NCBI RefSeq assembly: GCF_006345805.1
Contig: NC_043024.1
Coordinates: 2,108,001-2,172,000, forward strand
Source: Octopus sinensis
Lineage: Eukaryota
Length of the DNA stretch: 64,000 nt
Direction of reading: 5' to 3'
Translations under genes and position numbers: made by a program
In this document: one piece after another, positions 51,610-64,000 of the stretch
How the letters are laid out: every line of letters starts with the position of its first letter
Position numbering within the stretch: position 1 is the first letter of the stretch
Notes under the pieces: generated by a model
What the model saw: the letters and a program-made list of their open reading frames with translations, nothing else
Database searches by the model: none
Told to the model about the DNA's origin: nothing

Positions 51610-52180
51610 AAGAAATTGTTAGAAAGGATCACAAAAGTACAGCCCCCAGAATCACTGCAGGGTTAAATGACTGCCTCAAGAACCCAGTTTCCACAAAAAC
51701 TATTTGCTGGGAGCTGCAAAAAGCCAGATTTCAAGGGAGGGCTGCAATCAGAAAACCACAACTTTCAAAAACAAACGTTGCAAAGCGTTTAGAGTGGAGT
51801 AAAACCTACAGAAATGGTCCATAGAGCAGTGGAAGAATGTTATTTTCTAGGACGAGTCATCCTTTACCTTATTTCCGACCACCGGCCGAGTATACGTGTG
51901 AAGAGAGCCAAAAGAAGCATTTGACCCAGACTGCCTTCTTCCAACTGTTAAACATGGAGGAGGATCTGTAATGATCTGGGGAGCTATATCTTGGAAATCT
52001 GCCAGCCCAATGGTTTCCCTTCATGGCAGAATTAATAGTCAAGACTATTTAAGCATTTTATCTGATCAAATTCATCCTATGGTTGTGGATCTGCTTCTGG
52101 AGGGAAACACAAGCTTTCAGGATGATAATGCACCAATTCACACAGCTAAAGTTGTCACTGAATGGGACGAGGAACGTTCA
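51610..52180 (+). pseudogene. Tc1-like transposase relic, copy 4
   Basis: Paralog of 14651-15222. Confidence 0.9.
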
Positions 52181-52542
52181 TCAACCGTTTCAAAGTAAAC
52201 ATTAGTCCTTGCTCTTTTTTACACAATAACTTCTGGTATTTCATATACAGCAGATCTTTCCTTCTCCTATGTTTCCGACGAACTGCTCTGCTCGAAACAT
52301 TATACGCACCTTTTTCCTGAGCGTCCAATGATACTATATTTGTTCCACTTCTTCGCGTTATTGTGCTTTTTTGTTTGGATTAATTATATATATATATTAC
52401 CGATTGTGGCCGCTGCCAGATTCAGCCGGCACCTGTGCCGATGGCATGTAAAAAACACCCACTACAAATATATACAAATTAAAATCCAGGAAACAGAGAA
52501 GTAGCATCAATATAGTTTATTCACTGCAAAAATTCAACATGT

Positions 52543-52623
52543 ACACTTACAGCTGTTTCGATTTTGCTCAAAAGAAATTCCAATAATTAAAACCTTTAAT
52601 TGGGCAAAATCTCATCAGAGGAA
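52543..52623 (-). ncRNA. Hammerhead-like motif with GUA triplet (paralog of 42141-42221)
   Basis: Same core, stem II and ACAGCTGT palindrome. Confidence 0.55.
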
Positions 52624-54422
52624 TGAAAAAGACATATCGTTAGGTTATCACATGTTATTCTTCCAAAACATCTCAACAGACTAAAACTTTTTTTTAATTA
52701 CTAATATTGGTATAAATCTTGGCCAGTGGGTAACAGGTTGTATAAGGGTAATAATCTTTATATATATAAAACTGAGAATGTGTGTCTGTCTGTCTGTGTG
52801 TTTCCCTAAAACTTGTGAAGTACAGAACCAATTTCATTAGAATTTTACACATGCCTTACTTAGGGTCCATGTAGTTTCATGGGCAAAAAAAAAATGTTCA
52901 ACTTCTTGCCTAGAGCGAGCCCATAGCAATATCATATTTTCTCCACTATTTCAGTATTACATGTTAAAAGTGAAACAAAAATATTTCACTATTTTATGTC
53001 AGATGCTTTCACTTTAACAACAAAAATAATAATAACAATTGAATTATATGTAGTAAGTAATAATTAAAATCAAACTAAAGTATAATATAATCGTAACATA
53101 CAAAAGTAAAAATAGCATCAATGATTTGAACTTGAATAAGTGGTTTCACATGAATGGGAATAAATTAAAAATATAATTAGCGTGCAGAAATGGAATAGTC
53201 CAGATGGATAATACAAAATTAAATTAAAGACAAGACTTTTGTCTATAAAGTATACAATGTAGAGAAAAAAGAAGAGCTAACAATTCCAGTCTGTTATATA
53301 TTTTGAGTATTGTTATCACTAGCGATATCAAGATATAACTTTGTATTTTGCATTTTATGTGTAGATGTATATAGATAGATGTACATGTAATATGTACACA
53401 TATATACATGCACTAGCACTATGACCCGGCAACGACGGGTCTTTAATGCTAGTTGGTAAATAAATGGTAGATAGTGAGTGATATTCTCACTGTAACTATT
53501 TTATAATGTATCGATTTAATTATTTTGTAATTTATCTATACCAGTTCAATCAATTTCTTTAACAAAGTTATAAATGTGATCACGTTGTTCTCTCATTCAT
53601 ATGATACTATTTTTACTATAACTCATAATCTAACATTTATTTAATGCGGTTTCGATTCTCAGACCGGGCGTTGTGTGTGTTTATTGAGCGAAAACACCTA
53701 AAGCTCCACGAGGCTCCGGCAGGGGGTGGTGATGATCTCTGCTGTACTCTTTCTGCCTGCTTCTTGAGTAATGCTGCGATGGACTGGCGTCCTGTCCAGC
53801 TGGTGGTGTAACACATATCCCACAGAGACCGGGCCCATGAGCCTGGCTAGGTTTGTAAAGGGCGCATAAATAAATAAAAATAATAAATATACTGGCATGT
53901 AATAAAACTGTGTAAGAGAATAATTTACCACAACTCAATTGCAAGAAGCACTTCCATCAAGTTAAGCTATTTATTCGAGAGAATGATTTAATAGAGGTGC
54001 AGGAGTGGCTGTGTGGTAAGTAGCTTGCTAACCAACCACATGGTTCCGGGTTCAGTCACACTGAGTGGCATCTTGGGCAAGTGTCTTCTGCTATAGCCCC
54101 GGGCCGGCCAAAGCCTTGTGAGTGGATTTGGTAGACGGAAACTGAAAGAAGCCTGTCGTATATACGTATACATATATATGTATATATGTGCATGTGTTTG
54201 TGTGTCTATCTTTGTCCCCCTAGCATTGCTTGTCAATCGATGCTGGTGTGTTTACGTCCCCGTCACTTAGCGGTTCGGCAAAAAGAGACCGATAGAATAA
54301 GTACTGGACTTACAAAGAATAAGTCCTGGGGTCGATTTGCTCGACTAAAGGTGGTGCTCCAGCATGGCCGTTGTCAAATGACTGAAACAAGTAAAAGAGA
54401 GAGAGAGAGAGTAATAGAATTA

Positions 54423-56762
54423 TCACAGTGTTATGCTGTGATTATGAGAGAATGATTGGCCACAGGTATCACAATGATATGGTTTCTCTCCTGTGTGAAT
54501 ACGTTTGTGAGTGATTAGGTCACTACTTCCAGAGAATGATTTACCACAGATATCACAATGATATGGTTTCTCTCCTGTATGAAAACGTTTGTGAGTGGTT
54601 AGGTCACTATTTCTAGATAATGATTTACCACAGATATCACACTGATAAGGCTTCTCTCCTGTGTGAATGTATTTGTGAGTAGTTAAGTGGTGATTTCGAG
54701 AGAATGATTTACCACAAATATCACAATGATAAGGTTTCTCTCCTGTGTGAATGTATTTGTGAGTAGTTAAGTTGCGATTTTGAGAGAATGATTTACCACA
54801 TATATCACAATGATAAGGTTTCTCTCCTGTATGAATGTATTTGTGTTTAGTTAAGTTTTGATTTTGAGAGAATGACTTACCACAGATATCACAATGATAA
54901 GGTTTCTCTCCTGTGTGAATGTATTTGTGTTTAGTTAAGTGGTGATTCTGAGAGAATGATTTACCACATATATCACAATGATAAGGTTTCTCTCCTGTGT
55001 GAATGTATTTGTGTTTAGTTAAGTGGTGATTCTGAGAGAATGATTTACCACATATATCACAATGATAAGGTTTCTCTCCTGTGTGAATGTATTTGTGTTT
55101 AGTTAACTGGTGATTCTGAGAGAATGATTTACCACATATATCACAATGATAAGGTTTCTCTCCTGTGTGAATGTATTTGTGAGTGGCTAATTTGCGATTT
55201 TGAGAGAATGATTTACCACATATATCACAATGATAAGGTTTCTCTCCTGTGTGAATGTATTTGTGTTTAGTTAAGTTTTGATTTTGAGAGAATGATTCTC
55301 CACAGATATCACAATGATAAGGTTTCTCACCTGTGTGAATGTATTTGTGAGTAGTTAAGTTTTGATTTTGAGAGAATGATTTACCACAGATATCACAGTT
55401 ATATGGTTTCTCTCCTGTATGAATACGTTTGTGAGTGGTTAGGTCACTATTTCTAGAGAATGATTTACCACAGATATCACAGCTATATGGTTTTTCTCCC
55501 GTATGAATATGCATGTGTGTAGTCAACAAATCATTCTGAGAGAATGATTTACCACATATATCACAATGAAATGGTTTCTCTCCTGTGTGAATGTATTTGT
55601 GTTTAGTTAGGTTTTGATTCTGAGAGAATGACTTACCACAGATATCACAGTGATAAGGTTTCTCTCCTGTGTGAATGTATTTGTGAGTAGTTAAGTGGTG
55701 ATTATGAGAGAATGATTTACCACAGATATCACAGTGATAAGGTTTCTCTCCTGTATGAATGTATTTGTGAGTAGTTAAGTGGTGATTCTGAGAGAATGAT
55801 TTACCACAGATATCACAATGATATTGTTTCGCTCCTGTATGAATACGTTTGTGTGTGGTTAGGTTGCTATTTCCAGAGAATAATTTACCACAGATATCAC
55901 AGTGATAAGGTTTCTCTCCTGTGTGAATGTATTTGTGAATAGTTAAGTGGTGATTACGAGAGAATGATTTACCACAGATATCACAATGATATTGTTTCGC
56001 TCCTGTATGAAGACGTTTGTGTGTGGTTAGGTTGCTATTTCCAGAGAATGATTTACCACAGATATCACAGTGATAAGGTTTCTCTCCTGTATGAGTACGT
56101 TTGTGAATGGTTAGGACACTATTTCCAGAGAATGATTTACCACAGATATCACACTGATATGGTTTCTCTCCTGTATGAGTACGTTTGTGAATGGTTAGGT
56201 AGCCATTTTGAGAGAATGATTTACCACAGATATCACAATGATATGGTTTCCCTCTTGTATGAGTACGTTTGTGAGTAGTTAAGTGTTGATTCTGAGAGAA
56301 TGATTTACCACAGATATCACAATGATATGGTTTCTCTCCTGTATGAATACGTTTGTGAGTGGTTAGGTCGCTATTTCCAGAGAATGATTTACCACAGATA
56401 TCACAATGATGTGACTTAACCACAATGTGGATGCATTTGTGAATAGCTAAGCTATGATTCTGAGAGAATGATTTACCACAAGTATTACAGCGATACGGCT
56501 CGACACCTGCGTGAATGTGTTTATGTGTGGTCAAACGAACCTTTTCAGAGAATGATTTACCACAGATGTCACAGCGATAGAGATCCTCTCCTGCATGGAA
56601 ACATTTGTGAATCGTCTGTTCATCTTTGAGAAAGAAGGACTTGTTGCAGACATCACAGTGAAATGATGTTTTCTCTTCTTCTTCTGTTTCATCTTCAGTA
56701 AAATCAATCCTTAACGACTGTGTATTACAATTAACCTCATTATCACGTAATTCATTTTCCAT
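54423..56762 (-). CDS. C2H2 zinc-finger protein, paralog D (779 aa, 26 fingers plus 1 truncated)
   Basis: Open frame; the last finger is cut by a deletion that joins it to the 3' flank (SHNHS|ITL*). Confidence 0.92.
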   Translation of the reverse strand: MENELRDNEVNCNTQSLRIDFTEDETEEEEKTSFHCDVCNKSFFLKDEQTIHKCFHAGEDLYRCDICGKSFSEKVRLTTHKHIHAGVEPYRCNTCGKSFSQNHSLAIHKCIHIVVKSHHCDICGKSFSGNSDLTTHKRIHTGEKPYHCDICGKSFSQNQHLTTHKRTHTRGKPYHCDICGKSFSQNGYLTIHKRTHTGEKPYQCDICGKSFSGNSVLTIHKRTHTGEKPYHCDICGKSFSGNSNLTTHKRLHTGAKQYHCDICGKSFSRNHHLTIHKYIHTGEKPYHCDICGKLFSGNSNLTTHKRIHTGAKQYHCDICGKSFSQNHHLTTHKYIHTGEKPYHCDICGKSFSHNHHLTTHKYIHTGEKPYHCDICGKSFSQNQNLTKHKYIHTGEKPFHCDICGKSFSQNDLLTTHMHIHTGEKPYSCDICGKSFSRNSDLTTHKRIHTGEKPYNCDICGKSFSQNQNLTTHKYIHTGEKPYHCDICGESFSQNQNLTKHKYIHTGEKPYHCDICGKSFSQNRKLATHKYIHTGEKPYHCDICGKSFSQNHQLTKHKYIHTGEKPYHCDICGKSFSQNHHLTKHKYIHTGEKPYHCDICGKSFSQNHHLTKHKYIHTGEKPYHCDICGKSFSQNQNLTKHKYIHTGEKPYHCDICGKSFSQNRNLTTHKYIHTGEKPYHCDICGKSFSRNHHLTTHKYIHTGEKPYQCDICGKSLSRNSDLTTHKRFHTGEKPYHCDICGKSFSGSSDLITHKRIHTGEKPYHCDTCGQSFSHNHSITL

Positions 56763-58450
56763 TATTTTTCTCCTCTCACCACAAAGTCCAAATGTCTTTC
56801 TTTTTTTTCTTCTTTTTTTTTATATTCTATTCCTCAGTTATTTCTGTTGCTTGAAATGCTTAGCGGTATTTCGTCTGTCTTTTTGTTCTGAGTTCAAATT
56901 CCACCGAGGTCGACTTTGCCTTTCATCCTCTCTGGGTCAATAAATAAAGTACCAGTTTCACACTAGGGTAGATATAATCGACTTAATCCCTTTGTCTGTC
57001 CTTATTTGTCCCCTCTATGTTTAGTCCCTTGTGGGTAGTAAAGAAATAGAAATACGTATTTCGTCTGTCTTTTTTCTGAGTTCAAATCAGTGGGCAATAA
57101 AGAAATATATATTCCATCAACTGTAATCATTGTCAATATCTGAGGGGGCTGCCAATTCCTTTGCAATCCAGGTTTAATTAGAATACAGGATTGGTTTTCT
57201 TGCACCCATTCCAGGCAGTGAAGTACAGAAATGCTGCTAATAATCACACACCCAAAGAAAATCTTTTACAATTCTATAATCGATTTATATAAACAGGGTA
57301 ATATTTCTTCTGTGTAGCATCTTAGTTTCATCTTAAAGAATATATCATATATATTCATGATGTGTTCGATGTAAAATCTTCCTTTATGCTAAATATCCTC
57401 TCTGATACTCTGAAATAAAAAAGAAATAATATGAGATATAGAATATACTTGAAAAGTAAAGATTAAATAATGAAAATTTTATTACGTTTTAATACTGATA
57501 AACTGGAGATATAAACCTTTAGCTGGCCAAATAAACGTTAACACGTCAGTCTGACAAACAAACAAGGAGATTATAAGGTAGTCGTGGGATGTGCTAAAAA
57601 TAATAGCTAAATAGCTCTTAAATGATACAGCAATTTAAAATATTTTGTGTTGGCTTTTGCACAATCCTATGAATTACAAATTTGCAAGAGTTTTCTAAAA
57701 ATTCCCAAAAAGTTTTGAACCAACAAAGAATTTATAATTTACATCTGCTGTTTGTTTGTTGAGCGAAGCGGTCTTCGTCCTAGAGCTCGCAAGATGGAAG
57801 AAGTCGGAAACGGGGTCCTTTGCTATTCGTAAGACCCGCAGAAGAGAAAGCAGGTCAGCCCCCCCCCCCGACACCGAGAGCATCGACGGATGGATGAATG
57901 CGCATCCAGGCTCGGCGGTAGCGTAGTAAGTCGAAGGACAAGAAACAGGAAGAAAGAGTGAGAGAAAGCCGGGGCGAAAGAGTACAACAGGGGTCGCCAC
58001 AACCCTCTGCTGGAGCATCGTGGAGCTTTAGGTGTTTTCGCTCAATAAACACTCACAACGCCCGGTCTGGGAATCGAAACCGCGATCCTCCGAATGCGAG
58101 TCCGCTGCCCTAACCGCTGGGCCATTGCGCTTCCACTTACATGTGCTGTATATGAAATATCAGAGGTTATTGTGTTAAAAAGAGCAAGGACTAATGTTTA
58201 CTTGGAAACGGTTGATGATGATGATATATATATATATATATATTTATTGCCTACAAGGGGATAAACTTAGAGGGAACAAACGAGGACAGACATAGGGATT
58301 AAGTCGATTACATCGACTCCAGTGCATAACCGGTGCTTAATTTATCGACCCTGAAAGATGAAAGGCAAAGTGGACCTCAGTGGAATTTGAACTAATAACG
58401 GAAAGACACATGCATTTCGCCCGTCGTGCTAATGTTGCTGCCAGATCGCC

Positions 58451-58504
<54 letters not shown>

Positions 58505-59122
58505 TAAAACGGTAAGATAACGAAAGAAAGAAAGAGACCTCAATATTATGTAAATAGAGGAAATTTATCTATAAAATAATATGTTACATTTACTCAATAG
58601 TCAAGATAAAACTCTGAGTTTCAGATGCCGAAGTGGAAATCCACAACACCATCTCTTCGGTTATCTGGCCATCTGAAAAAACGCTATGAAAAAATACCGT
58701 TATATAAAGGGAAATTACTGTTTTATAATTCTGCGCGCGAAAACCCACGTGCGTACTTAAACGTCACTATGGAAACGTACACATCTTCACTCACATTTTT
58801 CGCCAAATATATACGCATATATATACAACCTCATACACACACACATGCGTACCGTAAAAGTTCATACATACGTCTATATACGCACAAACACAAGAAAAAC
58901 CATGGTTAAAGGTAACAGAAAAAAATATAATAAGGAAGTATACAAAGCATAAAAACCACGTTCATATACGGACATGCCCCTATGCACTCATACACACACA
59001 CACGCCCATATATGTACATACCCGCACATATTTATATACGCATACATACACACGCATATACAAAAAATGAATATATATATGTCCCCCCCCCACAAAAAAA
59101 TGGAAAAATACTAAGTCAAAAC

Positions 59123-59165
<43 letters not shown>

Positions 59166-59503
59166 TATATGCACATACACACACACAAAAGTTAGCGATT
59201 ACAAAGGAATTTCACAAGAATCATATATATAGTGGAAGCCGCTTATTGTGATCATTTCCGTACAGCATTGGCCAACACCTAACAGATGACGTTAAACAAA
59301 TATAAAGTCTGAACCAATTAATTTCGATAACAATAACCGGCTGATAACGTTATCCGCTATTCCGATTGACCGCCACTCCATTCCTGCCCAGCCTACATCA
59401 ATACACAACAAACTACGGCATTTCTATAAATCGCAGTATTTGCTATACAACGTCTTCAATCAGATCGTATTCCTCTCCAATATATATACATATATATATA
59501 ATA

Positions 59504-59615
59504 ACTTACCCCTGATGCTTAATAAATAAATAAATATTTATTTACTTTCGATTTCGTCTCCAAAGATTCGAGGAAACGTGACAAGCCGGAAGTAAGGTGC
59601 GTCATGTGACTTAGA
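59504..59615 (-). promoter_or_regulatory. Predicted promoter, exon 1 and donor of ZNF D
   Basis: CCGGAAGT 59586-93; donor GTAAGT 59509-04. Confidence 0.7.
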
Positions 59616-60413
59616 CTCTTTAATATATGAAACCACAAAGAGTGCTGCTGACACAAAAGCGAAACTAAGAAGGAAGGGGGAACGTAATATTGTTGTTGAC
59701 TATCACCATGGTTACTGTCTAAGCGGAAGGCGCATGGCTCGGTGGTTAGCGCATCGGGCTATCAATCGCGAGTTAGTGAGTTCGATTCCCTGGATCTTTT
59801 CGTTTTGACTGGCAGATTTTTTTTATAATTTCTTTGTAACTAAACACTTTTAAACTTAAGTACCAGTTACGCACTGGGGTCGATGTAATCAACTTAATCC
59901 TTTTGTCTGTCCTTGTCTGTTCCCTCCTATCTTTTCCGTTTGAACAGCAGTTTTTAACATAATTTCTAGGTGACTAAACACTTTTAAACTTCGTGTAGTG
60001 GTAGAATTTGTTACATAAAACATCTTTTTCTCTTGGCTTTCTTGAGAAAATTCTGTAGTTTGTAAGCTACAATTATTGCTGTTGATAAACTACGGCAGAT
60101 ATTGTATTCACCTCAATAGACGTCATTGATTGGTTGAAATTGCCGAAATGCAAGAAATTAAACAACAAATAGCTTACAAGCTACAGAATTTTCTCAAGAA
60201 AACCAAGAGAAAAAGATGTTTTATAAATACATTCTACCAGTATACGAATTTTAAAGAATAAGTCCTGGGGTCGATTTGATCGACTAAAGGCGGTGCTCCA
60301 GCATGGCCACAGTCACATGACTGAAACAAGTAAAAGAGTAAAGAGAGATAGCTAGATAAACAGGTAGATAGATAGGTATGTAGGTAGGCAGATAGATAAA
60401 TAGACAGACAGAT

Positions 60414-60459
<46 letters not shown>

Positions 60460-60507
60460 TATAGATAGATAGATATATAGATAGATAGAGAGACAGATAA
60501 GGTAGAC

Positions 60508-60550
<43 letters not shown>

Positions 60551-61664
60551 TAGATGGATAGACAGAGAGAAGCATTTCTTTCTTCGAAAAGGACGATTCT
60601 TTTCTTCAGCTTTAAAGCTTCAGCAAAATTGCTTTGAGTCTTCATGTTGGTGGTGGTGGCCATGTTTATAGCAGTAAGGGTTGTCTTTACTTCTTTGTCT
60701 CTTCTAAGGCCAGACTGGCAGGTTTCTGTGTGCGTTCAAGCGGAACAACTTCCTTTTCAGACAGATAGTAGAAGCACTCCGTCGGTTACGACGATGAAGG
60801 TTCCGGTTGATCCAAATCAACGGAACAGCCTGCTCGTGAAATTAACGTGTAAGTGGCTGAGCACTCCACAGACACGTGTACCCTTAACGTAGTTCTCGGG
60901 GATATTCAGCGTGACACAGAGAGTGACAAGGCCGGCCCTTTGAAATACAGGTACAACAGAAACAGGAAGTAAGAGTGAGAGAAAGTTGTGGTGAAAGAGT
61001 ACAGCAGGGATCACCACCATCCCCTGCCGGAGCCTCGTGGAGCTTTTAGGTGTTTTCGCTCAATAAACACTCACAACGCCCGGTCTGGGAATCGAAACCG
61101 CGATCCTATGACCGCGAGTCCGCTGCCCTAACCACTAAATAAAACACAAAAATACAAAGTAAATAATTTTAAAACTAAGTAAATAACACAAAAACACAAA
61201 GTAAGGATCGACTAGTCATGACTAGCTAGCGCGGATGCACGAGTACGCGCACCGGATTCACTCTTCTCAAGTAGTACCGATAGATAGACAGACAGAGATA
61301 GATAGATAAATAGAGATAGATAGGTAGACATATATAGATAAATAGACAGACAAATAGATGGATAAACGGATGGATGGATGGATAGATAGACAGGCACAGA
61401 TATGCTATAGAAATAAACTTTGACGTACGCACCTTGAAGTTTTCCAGTGTTAAAACTTTCTTTGGAAGTTGCACGTCATCTTCAGCAGGTGCTTCGTGTG
61501 TGTGTGTGTGTGTGTGTAGGCAGAGTACGGCCGAATGGTCAAGAAGATTCCTTAACAACCACGAGGTCCCTCGTTCTGTCCTACTGCGAGACATTTTGGG
61601 CAAAAAACACTTTCTGCAGTGTCCAGTTGACCTGAATGAAATCGGACAGAGGGGAAAGTGCTGA

Positions 61665-61907
<243 letters not shown>

Positions 61908-64000
61908 CAGTGCAATATCTTTTATGTTCTTGCTTGATTCGATCATTGAATTGCGGTCATACTGGAGCACCGCCTTAACCCTTTAGTGTTTAAACCAGCC
62001 ATATCCGGCCCAAATAATCTACCTGTTTTCTGTTAAAACTGCCCACATTTGGTATCTCACATCAGCCTATAATGTCAATCTAAAAACAGGTGATAACATC
62101 ATCAAAATCTTAAAGCTACGAAATAATGACATGATTCGCTTAAAACAATATGATGAATAAATATTATATTTGACAGAATAATCTGAATGCTAAAGGGTTA
62201 AAGGGTTTACTCCAACAAAACGATTTCATTGCACGGAAAAGACACCCAGTGCACTCGATAGAGTGGTTGGCATCAGGAAGAGCATCCAGCTGTAGAAACC
62301 CTGCTAGAATAACTGACTGGAGTCTGGTGCAGCTCTCCAGCCTTGCCAGCCCCTGTCAAAAGTCTAACCTATGCGAAGATGGAAATCCAATAATATTTCT
62401 TTATTGGTCTCTTTTGTTAAACTGCTAGGTTACAGGTGCTTAAACAAACCAACACAGTTTATCAAACAATAGGCAAACAAGCACACATATGCATGATGGC
62501 TTCCATACAGTTTCTGTCAACCAAATTCACTCACACAATATTGGTTAGCCCAGACTATGATGGAAGACACTTGCCCACGGTGCTGCACATTTTCCAAAAA
62601 AGATGGACTTCTGGTGACTGTATACTGTTTCAACAAGGATTGTTATCCCTTATTCTGTTTTTCACAATCATCATCCTCATCATTTAATGTCTGTTGTCCA
62701 TGCTGGCATGGGTTGGACGGTTTGACCAGGGCTGGCAAGCTGTACCAGACTCTAGTCTAGTTTGGCATGGTTTCTATGGCTGGATGCTCTTCCTAACACC
62801 AAACACTCTGAGAGTATAATGGGCACTTTTATGTGCACTGGCACAGGTGCCAGTTGTGTGACACTAGTATCTGCCACAACTACAATTTCGCTTGGCTTGA
62901 TGGGTCTTCTCAAACACAGCATAATGCCAAAGGTCGTGGTCATAAGGAGAATACATTCTACAGACTCTTATTGTCAGATGATTGACCATAAAATACTGAA
63001 ATCAAAACAACCAAGATTTTTATCTATTTTTTTTTTTATTTGGATTTTAATGTGGATTACTTATGTAATTACGTTTACCTTTTATGTCTGAGAATAAAAA
63101 AATTGCTTTATATTATTATTCTTGTTGTCAATCAACTTACCATTTCTCATCTTCAACAAACAAGAACTTCCAGCCTTTACTCCTCAGCCTTCCTAATTCA
63201 TTTTCATCCTCTGCCAGGCATTATATGGAAGTTTTCCTGTTGCTCACAGACAGATACTTTTTTCTTTACGAAAGGATCAATAAATATACTATTAAGCATT
63301 CACCCGATTCCTTGCCTTTTTTTTTCTCCGGAAATTGTAGTTAAGACACCCGTGCCAGTGACACGTAAAAAGCACCATTCGAGCGTGGCAGTTACTAGCA
63401 TCGCCTGACTGGCGTCCGTGTCGGTGACACGTAAAAGCACCAACCGATCGTGGCGATTTGCCAGCCTGCTCTAGCCCCTGTGCCGGTGGCAAGTAAAAAA
63501 CGCCCACTACACTCATGGAGTGGTTGGCGTTAGGAAGGGCATCAAGCTGTAGAAACACTGCCAGATCAGACTGGAGCCTGGTGCAGCCACCATGGCTTAC
63601 CAGATGCCGGTCGAACCGTCCAACCCATGCTAGCATGGAAAGCAGACGTTAAACAATGATGATGCTCCAGCATGGCCACAGTCAAATGACTGAAACAAGT
63701 AAAAGAGTAAAGAGTATATATATATATATATGTATATACACAAAATAAGAAAATGGAGAAACACATCTTAATCAATGATAAACTACCAGATAATTCCCAA
63801 TCACATAATTTATTAAACCACTACATATGAACATTAAGGCCAAACATAATAATATAGAACAAAACAATGCACATCAATGAGTAATATGATACAATAAGTA
63901 CAGTATGTATAAGTGAATATAAATAAATACAAATATAAATATAAACTACATCTTACAGCTGTTTCAGCCATGCAGATATGGGTCCTCATTATGCTCATAT

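Overview
Eukaryotic, AT-rich, repeat-dense DNA. I infer a coleoid cephalopod, most likely Octopus, from the style of the SINE, RTE and zinc-finger sequences; no database search was possible. The window is a tandem cluster of C2H2 zinc-finger (ZNF) genes on the minus strand. One is a divergent gene (11424-12527, 12 intact fingers plus 1 broken). Four are recent paralogs (A 18555-20588, B 31668-33701, C 43376-45247, D 54423-56762; 23, 23, 21 and 26+1 fingers), each in a ~11.5-13 kb duplicated unit. Each unit carries a predicted ETS/E-box promoter, a short non-coding exon 1, one intron and a single coding exon. The N-termini are nearly identical while the internal finger arrays are reshuffled. 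Two plus-strand ZNF pseudogene fragments (26994-27404, 61760-61907) mark a higher-order ~35 kb repeat. The rest is tRNA-derived SINEs, RTE and CR1 LINE pieces (including a 2.75 kb RTE), Tc1 and mariner relics, piggyBac-type and other MITEs, Helentron-like elements and microsatellites. Best leads: (1) a covarying H-type pseudoknot in the RTE 3' UTR, amplified to 18 tandem copies at 7.4-8.5 kb; (2) three distinct minimal hammerhead-ribozyme motifs of Penelope type; (3) a TSD-flanked SINE concatemer with a recurrent GAAATA|GGTATTTC junction; (4) the hypothesis that the homogenised His+3/Thr+6 fingers read the (TGA)n tails of the neighbouring retroelements. All structure calls are by eye and untested, and most TE boundaries are approximate (about +/-10-20 bp).
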